DNA from: an uncultured Planctomycetota bacterium
Lineage (GTDB): Bacteria; Planctomycetota; Planctomycetia; Isosphaerales; Isosphaeraceae
DNA length: 64,000 nucleotides
NCBI GenBank assembly: GCA_963737655.1
Contig: CAVTTN010000002.1
Span: 5,344,001 to 5,408,000, forward strand
Direction: 5' to 3'
Shown here: piece after piece, positions 43,739-53,936 of the stretch
Layout of the letters: every line of letters begins with the position of its first letter
Numbering within the stretch: position 1 is the stretch's first letter
Position numbers and translations under genes: made by a program
The notes under the pieces: generated by a model
What the model saw: only the letters and a program-made list of their open reading frames with translations
Told to the model about the DNA's origin: nothing
Databases searched by the model: none

Positions 43739-44227
43739 ATGGAAACGATCCGTATCGAGCCCGCCGAGCTGACCTCCGAGGTCGCCCTCGCCCTGATCTC
43801 CGCCCTGAACGCCGAGCTTCAAGGGGCCTACCCCGAGCCGGGCGCCACCCACTTCGCGCTCGACCCGGCCGAGGTCGGCGAGGGCCGAGGCGCCTTCCTG
43901 ATCATCTCGCGAGACGGGACGCCGGTCGGCTGCGGGGCCCTGAGACTCCTCGACCCGGACACGGCCGAACTCAAACGGATGTACATCGAACCCAACGCGC
44001 GAGGCCACGGCCTCGGCCGTCAACTCGTGGCCGCTCTGGAGGCGAAGGCTCGGGCGTTGGGGGCCCGTCGCGTGGTCCTGGAGACCGGAATCCGCCAGGA
44101 AGCCGCGCTGGCCCTCTACCGCAACACCGGGTTCGGGCCGATCCCGCTGTACGGGGAATATTGCCTCTCGCCGGACACCAGCATCTGCCTGGGGAAAGAC
44201 CTGCCCGCGACGGATTCGGGAGCTTGA
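43739..44227 (+). CDS. GNAT family N-acetyltransferase
   Basis: GCGALR, ELKRMY, ARGHGLG, LETG..Q.AA..LY. Confidence 0.9.
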   Translation: METIRIEPAELTSEVALALISALNAELQGAYPEPGATHFALDPAEVGEGRGAFLIISRDGTPVGCGALRLLDPDTAELKRMYIEPNARGHGLGRQLVAALEAKARALGARRVVLETGIRQEAALALYRNTGFGPIPLYGEYCLSPDTSICLGKDLPATDSGA

Positions 44228-44443
44228 GGACGCCTCGTCGGCCCTCGCGGAGGGACGTGGGTCGAAATCCTCGCGAGGCGTGAGGATTTCGAGTTCGGAG
44301 ACCGCCCGCACGGCGTCTTTCCTGGACCTGAGGCGAGGACGTCCCTGGCGATCCCCGGCTCCCACGGATACCGTGGCGTTGCATCGTGAGCGCCGGGGAC
44401 GCTCCAAGAGGAACGCCGCGTCCCCGCCTCGGAGGGTTCGTAG

Positions 44444-47400
44444 ATGAGCCTCGCGAATCGCTGCCCGATCTGCGGGGCCGAACGGCCCGGCAACGCCCCC
44501 GACGGCCCTTGCCCGCCCTGCCGATCGAACTTCGAGGCCCTGGCCACCCTGCCGCCCGGGGATGCCGACTCGCGAGACGCCGACACGATCCCTCATGTCC
44601 GCTCCGCGAACGCCTCCACCGAGCCAACCCTGGTGGAGGCTCGCCCCCTCGCCGTCGTGCGGTACTTCGGCGATTACGAGCTGATCTCCGAGATCGCCCG
44701 AGGCGGGATGGGCGTGGTCTACCGGGCCCGCCAGGTCAGCCTGAACCGGCCGGTCGCCCTGAAGATGATCCTCGCCGGCCAGCTCGCCGCGAGGACGACA
44801 TCCAGCGATTCCAGATCGAGGCCGAGGCCGCCGCCAACCTCGACCATCCCGGGATCGTCCCCATCTACGAGATCGGCGAGCACGACGGCCAGCACTTCTT
44901 CAGCATGGGATTCGTCGAGGGCCAGAGCCTGGCGGCCCGGGTGGCCGGCGGCCCCCTGCCCCCTCGCGAGGCGGCGACCCTGACGACGCAGGTCGCTCAG
45001 GCCATGCACTACGCCCACGACCGGGGCGTGATCCACCGCGACCTCAAGCCAAGCAACGTCCTGCTCGACGGGGCGGGACATCCCAGGGTCACCGATTTCG
45101 GGCTCGCGAAGAAGCTGCAAGGCGACAGCGGCCTGACCCAAACCGGCCAGGTCATGGGGACGCCCAGCTACATGCCGCCGGAGCAGGCCAACGGCCGGGA
45201 GGTCGGGCCGGCCGCCGACATCTACGCCCTGGCGCGATCCTCTATTGCCTCCTGACGGGCCGACCGCCGTTCCAGTCCGCCTCCTCGATGGAGACCCTCC
45301 TGCAAGTGATGGAGCAGGAGCCCGTGCCGGTCCGGCAACTCAATCGCTCGGTCCCCCGCGACCTGGAGACGATCTGCCTGAAATGCCTGCACAAGGACCC
45401 CCGGAGGCGTTATGAATCGGCCCGGCGCTGGCCGACGACCTGCGGAACTGGCTCGAATCGCGGCCGATCTCGGCGGTCCGCACCCGGGCGCCGGAGCGGG
45501 CGTGGCTCTGGTGCAAGAGGAGGCCCGCCGTGGCCGCGATGACGGCGGCCACCGCGATCGCCCTGGTCGGGGGCACCTCGGGCATCCTCGCCGTGCAGGT
45601 CCGGGCCAACCGGAACCTGGCGAGGAAGAATGCCGACCTGACCGAGGCCAACGCCAAGGTGGCCCGGGCCAACGCCGACCTCAAGGCGTCCAATCTCCGG
45701 CTCGACCGGCAACGCGCCCGGGCCGAGGAGGACGAGAAGCGGGCCATCGACGCCGTGTCGAAATTCCGGGACGTCATCACGAATGAGCCGGCCCTGAAGG
45801 ACAACGCCGCGCTGAAGGACCTCCGCAAGCGGCTGTTGAAGGAGCCCCTGACGTTCTTCCAGGGCCTTCGCAACCGCCTCCAGGCCGAGGAGGACACCCG
45901 CCCCGAATCGCTCGACCGCCTGGCCACCGCCTGCTCCCGCCTGGGGATGCTGACCAGCGAGATCGGCGACACCCGCGACGCCCTGCTCGCGTTCCAGCAG
46001 GCGTTGGGGATCTATCGGAAGATGGCCGAGTCCGACCCCACCGTCGCCGTCTTCCAGCGGGCCCTGGCGATCTGCCAGGGCAGTATCGGCGACATCTTCT
46101 GGGAGCTCGGCAAGCCGGCCGAGGCGAGGGAGGCGTATGAGGAGTCGCTGGCGATCGGCCAGAAGCTGGCCCGAGCCAACCCCTCGGACACCGTCCTCCA
46201 GGAGGTCCTGGCGCGATCCCAGCACCAGCTCGGCAACCTGCTCTCGCAGACCGGCAAGCCGGTCGAGGCGCTCCGGGCGTATGAGGCGGCCCTGGCGATC
46301 GCTCAGAAGCTGGCCGACGCCCGACCCGACGCCGCCGACTTGCAATTCCTCCTGGCCAGCACGCATTTCAACATCGGCAAGCTGCTCTGGGAGACCCGCA
46401 AGCCGGCCGAGGCGAGGAAGGCGTATGAGGCGTCGCTGGCGATCGCTCAGAAGCTGGCCGACGCCCAACCCTCCAACCCGAGTTACCAGCTCCACCTGGC
46501 GAGCACCCGGCGCAACGTCGGCCACCTGCTGATCGACGCCGGCAAGAGGGCCGAGGCCCTGGAGGCGTACCAGGAGGCGAGGGCCATCCAGCAGAAGCTG
46601 GTCGAGGCCCACCCGGCGGTCACGGAATTCCAGGGCGACCTGGCGACCAGCCTCGACATCATCGCATTAATCCTGCACGAGACAGGCCAATCGGCCGAGG
46701 CGAGGAAGTGCTATGAAGCGGCGATCGCGATCCACCGGAGGCTGGTGGAGGAGCAGCCGGAGTCGCACGCCCTGGCGAGCGGGCTGGGCGCGGACCTGAA
46801 TAACCTGGCCCTGATCGACGCGAGGGAGGGGCGGTTCGAGCCGACCCGCCTCCTGCTCCGACAGGCCATCGAGTCGCAGAGGAAGGCCCTGACCGCCGTC
46901 CCGACGAACCCGACCTACCGGGCGTTCCTGGGCAATCACCTGTCCTCCCTGGCCTTCGTCGCCGCTCGTCTCGGGCGGATGCCGGAGGCCGCCGAGGCCC
47001 AGAGGGCGCTCCGGGAGCTGAACGCCGGCCCCTCGCGAGCCGCCGCCCTGAACGAGCGCCTGGACGCCCTGCTCCGGCTCGACCCGCCCCATCCCAACGC
47101 CGAGAGGCTCGCCCGGGCCCAGCAAGCCTACGAAACGGGCCTTCCCGGGGCCGCCGTGAGGCTCTGGGCCGAGGCCCTGAAGGCCGACCCCAAGCTCGCC
47201 GACGATCGCCAGGCCCAGGTCCGCTACAACGCCGCCTGCGCCGCCTCGCTCGCCGCGTCCGGGAAAGGCCAGGACGACCCGAAACCCGACGACGAGGCCC
47301 GAACCCAGCTCCGCCGCCAGGCGCTCGATTGGCTCAAGGCCGAGCTGGCCGAGTGGTCCCGGCTCGACCGATCCGCCCCGCCCCAGGGAAAAGCGGCGAT

Positions 47401-47572
47401 CGCCCAGGTCCTCAAGCACTGGCAAGACGACCCCGATCTCGCCGCCGTCCGCGACGCAACGGAACTCGCCCAATGGCCCGAGGCCGAACGCCAGTCGTGG
47501 AAATCGCTGTGGGCCGAAGTCGAAGCCCTCTTGAAGCGGACCGAAGGACAGGAAGCCCGAAAGCCAGACTGA
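44444..47572 (+). CDS. Ser/Thr protein kinase with zinc ribbon, TM and TPRs (three frameshifts: ~44790, ~45232, ~45425)
   Basis: [60 protein letters not shown] 45530-47572. Confidence 0.85.
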
Positions 47573-47574
47573 TC

Positions 47575-47817
47575 TCAACCGATCCAGAGGGCGGTGATGA
47601 GGTCCATGACGTGGGCTTTCCGGCGGTCTCCCGGGACGAAGCCGACGGCGACCGCAAGCGACACGAGCACGAGGCCCGGCGCGCCGAGCGAAACCGCCAG
47701 GGACGCGCGATCGAGCCAGTCGACGGCGCGAGACGCCAGGACGAACTGGGAGGCGCCGATCGCCGCCAGGAACAGCCCCACGACCTCCCGCAGCAAACCC
47801 CTTCGATGCATTGACAC
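47575..47817 (-). CDS. Possible small membrane protein or gene remnant
   Basis: 80-aa hydrophobic ORF; no family recognised, no clear SD. Confidence 0.3.
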   Translation of the reverse strand: MSMHRRGLLREVVGLFLAAIGASQFVLASRAVDWLDRASLAVSLGAPGLVLVSLAVAVGFVPGDRRKAHVMDLITALWIG

Positions 47818-47819
47818 GA

Positions 47820-47885
47820 GTAGGTCCGACTTCAGTCGGGCCTATGAAAATCTTTTTTCGCAGGCCCGACTGAAGTCGGACCTAC
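47820..47885. repeat. REPIN-like element, family D (GTAGGTCCGACTTCAGTCGGGCCT pair)
   Basis: 24-bp perfect inverted pair with GTAG/CTAC ends. Confidence 0.85.
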
Positions 47886-47951
47886 TCGTTTCCTCATTCT
47901 CAGTGAGGCTTTCTATAGAACAAGACATGCCCATGAAAAGGCATCAAGCCC

Positions 47952-48731
47952 TCATGGCTTCCGGAATTCCCGGACGTCCCTCTTCTTCTGATGCCCGTCG
48001 AAGAAGGCCCCGCCGTTGGTGGCGCCGTTGAAATAGTGCTTCTGGTACTTGGCGCGGATCGCTTCGAGGTCCCCTCGGCGCTGGGCGTCGAGGAACTCTC
48101 GCCTTGAGGAGATCCAGGTCTTGTAGCCCTCGAAGAGCTCGGGGTTGCTGGCGAGCTCGGCGACCCGGGCCGTGAACTGTTCGAGGTCCCCTCGACGCTG
48201 GGGGACGAGCAGGGCCACCGGCTCTCCCGGCTCCCAGACGACCCGGCCGGGCCTCGTCATCTTCCAGTTCATCGAGAACGAGGCGAGGCTCCAGTCGGTC
48301 TCGACCAGCCCTTCCAGGGGGGCCACGCCGTCCTTGGGGTAATTCGCGGGGCCTCGGCAGAGGAGGTTCCAGCCCGGCGGCGTCCGGAAGACATACGGGA
48401 TCGTCCAGGTCATGATCCCCGTGCCGACCTGGCTGATCGAGTGGGTCATCGGCGGCGAGCCGATCACCTGGACCACCAGGTCGCCCGGCTCCTTGCCGCC
48501 GTTCCACTCGGCGATCGCGCCGTGGGGGGCCAGGACGTGCCAGCCCGATTGATTGGCCAGGGTCATCGGCAGGCAGTGATAGGCGAACTTGAAGCCGGTC
48601 TCGTCCATCCATCCCCGCTTGATCCCGGCGGGGACGAGCTTCACGTCGAAGCCCCAGGCCGAGTAGGCGACGATCTCCAGGGTCTCGGTTTCGGTCTGGG
48701 TCTCGGTCTGAGTCTCGGTCGAGCCGCTCAT
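47952..48731 (-). CDS. DUF6065-like protein
   Basis: RGWMD..FAYHCLPMTLANQSGW, FRTPPGWNL..RGPAN.PK, LEGLVETDW, FSMNWK. Confidence 0.75.
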   Translation of the reverse strand: MSGSTETQTETQTETETLEIVAYSAWGFDVKLVPAGIKRGWMDETGFKFAYHCLPMTLANQSGWHVLAPHGAIAEWNGGKEPGDLVVQVIGSPPMTHSISQVGTGIMTWTIPYVFRTPPGWNLLCRGPANYPKDGVAPLEGLVETDWSLASFSMNWKMTRPGRVVWEPGEPVALLVPQRRGDLEQFTARVAELASNPELFEGYKTWISSRREFLDAQRRGDLEAIRAKYQKHYFNGATNGGAFFDGHQKKRDVREFRKP

Positions 48732-48958
48732 CGGGCGAATCCCCTCGTCTCCGAACGGTCCGGTCCATTCCGCTACTATGGCCGAGGGGGGCGTCCGGGG
48801 GAATGGGAATTTCCGGGGAGAACTGGCGCACCCAAGATCGCCGGAATCCGTATAATCGTCATCCTGTCCGGCGAGCGCGCCCGGCCTTGCCTTCGGGGCG
48901 GGGCCGAATCCAGGATGGGTGCGAGCGAGAGAGAAGACGAGAGAGGGAGACGCCTCCG

Positions 48959-50026
48959 ATGCGACAGACCGTCCGAACCGGCCTGGCCGCCCTGATCGTC
49001 GCGGCCCTGGCCCCCCTGGCCTTCGCGATCCAGGACCCGGCCGCCACGGGGAATGCCCCGGTCCGACCGGCCCCGACGCCGGCGCAACTGGCCAAGCTCA
49101 ACGAGGTCCTCGCCACGGTCAACGGCGAGCCCATCACCCGGGGCCAGCTCCTCCAGCTCCTGAATCAGTACACGATCAACCCCGGGAGCGAGAAGACCGC
49201 CTACACCACCGCCCTGGAGATCCTGGTCAACACCCGGCTGCTGACCCAGTTCCTCAAGAGCGCGAAGGTCCAGGTGCCCCCGGCGGACGTCGAGGCCGTG
49301 ATCGCCGAGCAGGAGAAGAAGGCCCGCGAGAACGGGACGTCCCTGACCAGCGCCCTGGCCGACTCCGGCACCACGATGGACGCCCTCAAGGACGAGATCA
49401 CCCGGACCCTCCAGTGGCGCGAGTTCATCAAGTCGACCGCCAACGACGACCGCCTGAAGCGCTACCTGAAGGACAACCTCGACGCCTTCGACGGCGCGCA
49501 GGTCAAGGCCAGCCACATCCAGATCAACCTGGAACCCACCGCCTCGGCCGCCGACAAGGAGAAGGCCCGCCAGAAGCTCCTCCAGATCAAGAAGGACGTG
49601 GAGGCCGGCAAGATCACCTTCGCCGACGCCGCCAACAAGTACTCGGAAGACCCGGCGAACGTCGATCAGCCCTCCGGCGGGGACCTGCGGTACTTCCCCC
49701 GCAAGCGATTCACCGAGCCGTTCGCCGTCGCCGCCTTCTCCACGCCGCCGGGGAAGATCTCCGACCCGGTCGAGACCGAGTACGGCATGCACATCATCTA
49801 CGTGGCTGACCGCAAGCCCGGCCGCCAGGTCGAGTTCGAGCGCTACAAGGAAGCGATCCTCAATCAGTTCGCCGTCGATGAGCAGAACCGGATCGTCGCC
49901 GAGAAGCGCAAGACGGCCAAGATCGACATCAAGCCCATGCCCGCCGACCTCTTCCCCAAGGCCCCGGCGGCCGAGGAGAAGGCCCCGGCAACCGCCCCGG
50001 CCGAGAAGGCCAAGGCCAAGGGCTGA
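48959..50026 (+). CDS. PpiC/parvulin-type peptidyl-prolyl isomerase (PrsA/SurA-like)
   Basis: ATVNGEPIT, KASHI, FADAANKYSED, GGDL, PVETEYGMHII. Confidence 0.92.
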   Translation: MRQTVRTGLAALIVAALAPLAFAIQDPAATGNAPVRPAPTPAQLAKLNEVLATVNGEPITRGQLLQLLNQYTINPGSEKTAYTTALEILVNTRLLTQFLKSAKVQVPPADVEAVIAEQEKKARENGTSLTSALADSGTTMDALKDEITRTLQWREFIKSTANDDRLKRYLKDNLDAFDGAQVKASHIQINLEPTASAADKEKARQKLLQIKKDVEAGKITFADAANKYSEDPANVDQPSGGDLRYFPRKRFTEPFAVAAFSTPPGKISDPVETEYGMHIIYVADRKPGRQVEFERYKEAILNQFAVDEQNRIVAEKRKTAKIDIKPMPADLFPKAPAAEEKAPATAPAEKAKAKG

Positions 50027-50037
50027 CGCAAGCCTCC

Positions 50038-50180
50038 GTAGGGTGGGCGAAGCCCGCCGTTGTGTAGGGGCGGGTGCAACCCGCCAACACGCGGCGGCCA
50101 TCGCCCGCCATCCTTGAGAAAGGCGGCGAGTGTGGCGGGTTTCACCCGCCCTACGCCACGGTGCATTGCATGCACCCTAC
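50038..50180. repeat. Stack of four GTAG REP units of three sequence types
   Basis: GTAGGGTGGGCGAAGCCCGCC (50038), GTAGGGGCGGGTGCAACCCGCC (50064), GGCGGGTTTCACCCGCCCTAC (50134), GGTGCATTGCATGCACCCTAC (50160). Confidence 0.85.
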
Positions 50181-51109
50181 GCTTGAAACATCCGGTACGT
50201 CTCGCGAATCCCCTCGACCAGAGGCGTCCTCGGCAGGGGGCCGAACGCGGAGTCGAGCCGGGAATCGTCGAGGTCCGGCGCGATCGGCAACTGGCGGTCT
50301 CCGTGGGTCACCAGGCCCTTCGCCTCGGGCGCGGCCTCTTCCAGGGCCTCCACGAACCGCTCGATCGAGACGACCGACCCCCGGACGTTGAACGCCTCGG
50401 CCCCCTGGAACGGGGCGGTCAGGACGCGGAGGAACGTCCGGGCCACGTCGGGTGCGTACTGGAGGTCCTGGACGCCCCCGTAGCTGATGGTATAAGGCTG
50501 GCCCATCGCGGCGGAGCGGATCGCGAACGTCGGCTCGCTCGTCACGCCGAAGTCGCGGCCCACTCCATACACCGTCCACGGCCGGAGCCCGACGCTGGAA
50601 ACCCCGCGATCGAGCCAGTAGACCCGGGCGTTCAGCTCGTTGCAGACCTTGAACGCCCCGTAATGGGTCATCGGCGCCAGGCGGACGGCGTCGCCGATCG
50701 GCCCCGATCCGCCCTCGCCCGGCCCGTGGACGGCCGCCGAGTCCGCGTAAACGACCCGGTGAACCTGCTCCTTCAAGGCCGCCGCCGCCTCGAACACGGC
50801 GAGGGTCCCCAGGACGTTCACCCTCGCCCCGAGCAGCGGATCGGCCCGGCACGTCGGCACCTGCAAGCCGGCGAGGTGGAGCAGATGGGTGGCCTCGACC
50901 CGCTCCACGGCCTGGCGGACGGCCGACGGATCGGCCACGTCCCCCGGGACGAAGTGGACCCGGGCCTTCTGGTCGTCGCTCAGGAGGAGGTCGAGCCGAT
51001 GGGTGTCCTCCTTGAGGTCATAGATCCAGACCTCGCGGCCCTCGTCGAGCAAGGTCCGCGCGACCCACGACCCGATGCACCCATAGCCGCCCGTCATCAG
51101 CACTCGCAC
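50177..51109 (-). CDS. NAD-dependent epimerase/dehydratase
   Basis: TGGYGCIG, HLAG, YGAFK, LRPWTVYG; GTG start after GGAGG. Confidence 0.9.
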   Translation of the reverse strand: MRVLMTGGYGCIGSWVARTLLDEGREVWIYDLKEDTHRLDLLLSDDQKARVHFVPGDVADPSAVRQAVERVEATHLLHLAGLQVPTCRADPLLGARVNVLGTLAVFEAAAALKEQVHRVVYADSAAVHGPGEGGSGPIGDAVRLAPMTHYGAFKVCNELNARVYWLDRGVSSVGLRPWTVYGVGRDFGVTSEPTFAIRSAAMGQPYTISYGGVQDLQYAPDVARTFLRVLTAPFQGAEAFNVRGSVVSIERFVEALEEAAPEAKGLVTHGDRQLPIAPDLDDSRLDSAFGPLPRTPLVEGIRETYRMFQA

Positions 51110-51257
51110 GGCGAGACCTCCCCGGATCCAGGGCCCAAGAGCGGGCCTCATCCTCTCACGACGAGGCCGGATCGGCCAGAGGGGCGGCCGGATCGACGAC
51201 GGGGCCGCGCGTGGATTATCATGGAGCCCGCACGGTCCGGGAATTCGGAGGCCCCCG

Positions 51258-51524
51258 ATGGTGAAGCTGATCCCCGCCCACATCGAGAATGGGCAGATCG
51301 TGCCCGACGCCCCCTTGCCCGAGGCCGCCTCGATCCGAGAAGTCGCGATCCAGGTGACCCTGGCCGAACCCGAGGCGACCGCGGCGGATTCGGGCCTGGC
51401 GACGTCGTCGGAGGAGCGGATGTCGGCGTTCATGAGGCTGACGGGCCTCATGAAGGGCCATTTCCCCGACGATGTCGATTACAAGACCCTCCTCGGCCAG
51501 TTGAAGGAGGAGCGTCATCCGTGA
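51258..51524 (+). CDS. Putative antitoxin
   Basis: 88 aa, GGAGG SD, 4-nt overlap with PIN gene. Confidence 0.65.
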   Translation: MVKLIPAHIENGQIVPDAPLPEAASIREVAIQVTLAEPEATAADSGLATSSEERMSAFMRLTGLMKGHFPDDVDYKTLLGQLKEERHP

Positions 51525-51946
51525 AGGGCCTGCTTTTCGACACGAACATCATCCTGGACTGGCTCCTGAATCGCGCCCCTTTCTCCATCCCTGCCACGGA
51601 GTTGACGGGACGAGCGGCCCGGGGGCTGATCCGCGCATATGTCACGGCGACGACCTTGAACGATATCTTCTACTTCTTGAGGAAAGCCTATGGGATCGAC
51701 CAGGCTCGACAGGAGATCGGCGATCTCCTGAGGCTATTCGTCGTGCTGCCCGTCGATCGTGCCACCGTCCAGGCCGCCCTCGCCGGCCCGATCCGCGACC
51801 TGGAAGACGCGATCCAGGACGCCGCGGCCGAGAGGGCGGGGATTCCCATCCTCGTCACCCGCGACCCGAAGGGGTTCGCGGGTTCGACCCGACGCATCCT
51901 GGACGCCCAGGCGGTCCTGGACGAGCTGGACCGCCCGGCGCCGTGA
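51521..51946 (+). CDS. PIN domain (VapC-like) toxin
   Basis: LFDTNIILD, DLEDAIQ, LVTRD.KGF. Confidence 0.88.
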   Translation: MKGLLFDTNIILDWLLNRAPFSIPATELTGRAARGLIRAYVTATTLNDIFYFLRKAYGIDQARQEIGDLLRLFVVLPVDRATVQAALAGPIRDLEDAIQDAAAERAGIPILVTRDPKGFAGSTRRILDAQAVLDELDRPAP

Positions 51947-51964
51947 TCCGGCGAGACGGGCCGG

Positions 51965-52099
51965 TCAGTCCTTCGGCTTGCAGCTCCCCTTGGTCCCGGG
52001 CTTCTTGCCGGGGGTGGGCTCGTAGCCGGGCCAGCATCGGCTGGTCTTCTTGGGCTTCGATCCGCCGCTCGGGGCCGATTTCTTCTTCGGGGTGGCCAT
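51965..52099 (-). CDS. 44-aa Lys/Pro-rich protein with CWPGY...C motif
   Basis: AAGGAGG SD before ATG; MATPKKKSAPSGGSKPKKTSRCWPGYEPTPGKKPGTKGSCKPKD. Confidence 0.7.
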   Translation of the reverse strand: MATPKKKSAPSGGSKPKKTSRCWPGYEPTPGKKPGTKGSCKPKD

Positions 52100-52306
52100 C
52101 GGAGGGGCCTCCTTCGCCGGGGCGACCGGGGCGGGGGGTCCTCCATGTGCATGGGCAATCCCCGGGCCGTTCCGTCGCGGTTTCGTCCCCCGGCGGCTTG
52201 ACGGTCGGCCTCGATTATGCGCTGATCTTCCCGGACAGGGCGCCCGACGACCCCGGCCCGGCGGCAGAGTCGAGACCAGACCCGGGGCCGTCGCCAGGAG
52301 AGTTCC

Positions 52307-53278
52307 ATGCACATCCCCGACGCCGTGCTCTCGCCCTCGGTGGCCGCCGCCACGGGCCTGGTCGGCGCCGCCGGCTTCGCCCTGGGCCTCCGCCGGGTCG
52401 AGCGCCAGAGCGGCGAGCGGACCGTCGTGCTGATGGGGATGATGTCGGCGTTCCTCTTCGCCGCGCAGATGGTCACCTTCCCCGTCCTGCCGGGCGTCTC
52501 CGGCCACCTTTTGGGGGGGACGCTCGCCAGCGTCCTGCTCGGCCCGTGGGCCGGGGCGGCCACCGTCGGCGCGGTGCTGATCGTCCAGTGCTTCCTCTTC
52601 GGCGACGGCGGCCTGACGGCCCTGGGCGCCAACTTCGTGAACATGGGCCTGATCGGCGCCCTGTGCGGCTACGCGATTTATGCCACGATCCGCCGGGCGG
52701 TGGGCGGCCGGGCGGGCGTCCTGGTCGGCGCGATGGTGGCCGCGTGGCTGTCGGTGATCCTCTCGGCCGGGGCGTTCGCCGTCGAGCTCGCCGCCGGGGG
52801 CCGAGGGGCGTTCGTCACGGTCCTCGGCTGGATGACCCTGGTCCATGCCGTGATCGGATTGGGCGAGGCGCTGATCACCGGCGCCGTCGTCCGCTTCCTC
52901 CTGCTGACCCGCCCGGACCTGATCCACCACGAGCCCAAGGAAGAGGCGAGCCGAGCGGCCCGATGGGGCCAGGTCGCCGTGGCGGGGCTGGCGGCGTCGC
53001 TGGCGGTCGCCGTTTTTGGCGCCCCGTTCGCGTCGTCCTGGCCCGACGGCCTGGAGCACGTCGGGGCGAAGCTCGGGTTCTTCAAGGACGGGGTCGAGCC
53101 GGCGATCCGCGGCCTCTGGCCCGATTATCGCCTGGACCCCCTCGGCACCCGCTCGATCCGCCTGGCCACGGCCGCCGCCGGGGTGGTGGGGACGCTCGTC
53201 GTCTTCGTGGTGGGGCTGGCGATGGCCCGGGCCCTGGTCCGCCGGGACCCGGGGGAGATCGGCCCCGATGCGGCCTGA
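52307..53278 (+). CDS. Ni/Co ECF transporter S component, CbiM/NikM fused to PDGLE (N) domain
   Basis: MHIPD N-terminus, SGHLLGG, QCFLFGDGGLTALGAN, SWPDGLE. Confidence 0.92.
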   Translation: MHIPDAVLSPSVAAATGLVGAAGFALGLRRVERQSGERTVVLMGMMSAFLFAAQMVTFPVLPGVSGHLLGGTLASVLLGPWAGAATVGAVLIVQCFLFGDGGLTALGANFVNMGLIGALCGYAIYATIRRAVGGRAGVLVGAMVAAWLSVILSAGAFAVELAAGGRGAFVTVLGWMTLVHAVIGLGEALITGAVVRFLLLTRPDLIHHEPKEEASRAARWGQVAVAGLAASLAVAVFGAPFASSWPDGLEHVGAKLGFFKDGVEPAIRGLWPDYRLDPLGTRSIRLATAAAGVVGTLVVFVVGLAMARALVRRDPGEIGPDAA

Positions 53279-53936
53279 CGCCCTGGACCTCGCCTCCTCG
53301 GCCGGAGACGGCCCGCTCGACCGGCTCGACCCCCGGGCGAAGCTCGCCGCCACCGGCCTGTATGTCGCCGCCGTCGTCGCGACCCCGCCGACCTGGCCGA
53401 TCGCCCTGGTCGTCGAGGCGATCCTCCTGGCCGTCGTCGTCGGGATTTCCGGGCTGGAAATCCTCCCCCTGCTCCGCCGATGGCTCGGGTTCGCGGTCCT
53501 GGTGGCGTTCCTCGCGGCGATGGTGGCGATGGGCCATCGCGACCGCCCGGCCCTGGGCTGGCCCCGCGTGGCCGGGTCGATCCTGCTCAAGAACAGCCTG
53601 GCGTTCCTCGCCGTGCTGGTCCTGGCCGGGGTCACGCCGTTCCCCCGGTTGCTCGACGCCCTCCGCCGGCTCGGGGCGCCTCGCGTCCTGGTGGCGACCC
53701 TCCATTTCATGTTCCGATACAGCTACGTGCTCGTGGACGAGTTGGGCCGGATGGTCCAGGCGAGGCGATCGCGGTCGTTCCGGCGAGGGGGGCCGGGCTG
53801 GGCGTCGCTCTCGGGGCTGATCGGCGTGTTGTTCCTCCGGGCGATGGAACGGGGCGAGCGGGTCCACTCGGCCATGCTGGCCCGGGGCTGGGACGGCACG
53901 ATCCGCTCCCTGGACGACGGGGCCGACGCCCCATGA
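53268..53936 (+). CDS. ECF transporter T component (CbiQ/NikQ)
   Basis: LDPRAKL, MFRY, ERVHSAMLARG. Confidence 0.9.
   Translation: MRPDALDLASSAGDGPLDRLDPRAKLAATGLYVAAVVATPPTWPIALVVEAILLAVVVGISGLEILPLLRRWLGFAVLVAFLAAMVAMGHRDRPALGWPRVAGSILLKNSLAFLAVLVLAGVTPFPRLLDALRRLGAPRVLVATLHFMFRYSYVLVDELGRMVQARRSRSFRRGGPGWASLSGLIGVLFLRAMERGERVHSAMLARGWDGTIRSLDDGADAP

Noticed and set aside
44262..44292. 11-bp hairpin as a new repeat family
   Set aside because: Single copy downstream of the GNAT gene; most simply a terminator-like stem.
52100..52306. Canonical cobalamin riboswitch
   Set aside because: Conserved GGGAA, GCCACTG and B12-box elements not found in proper order.
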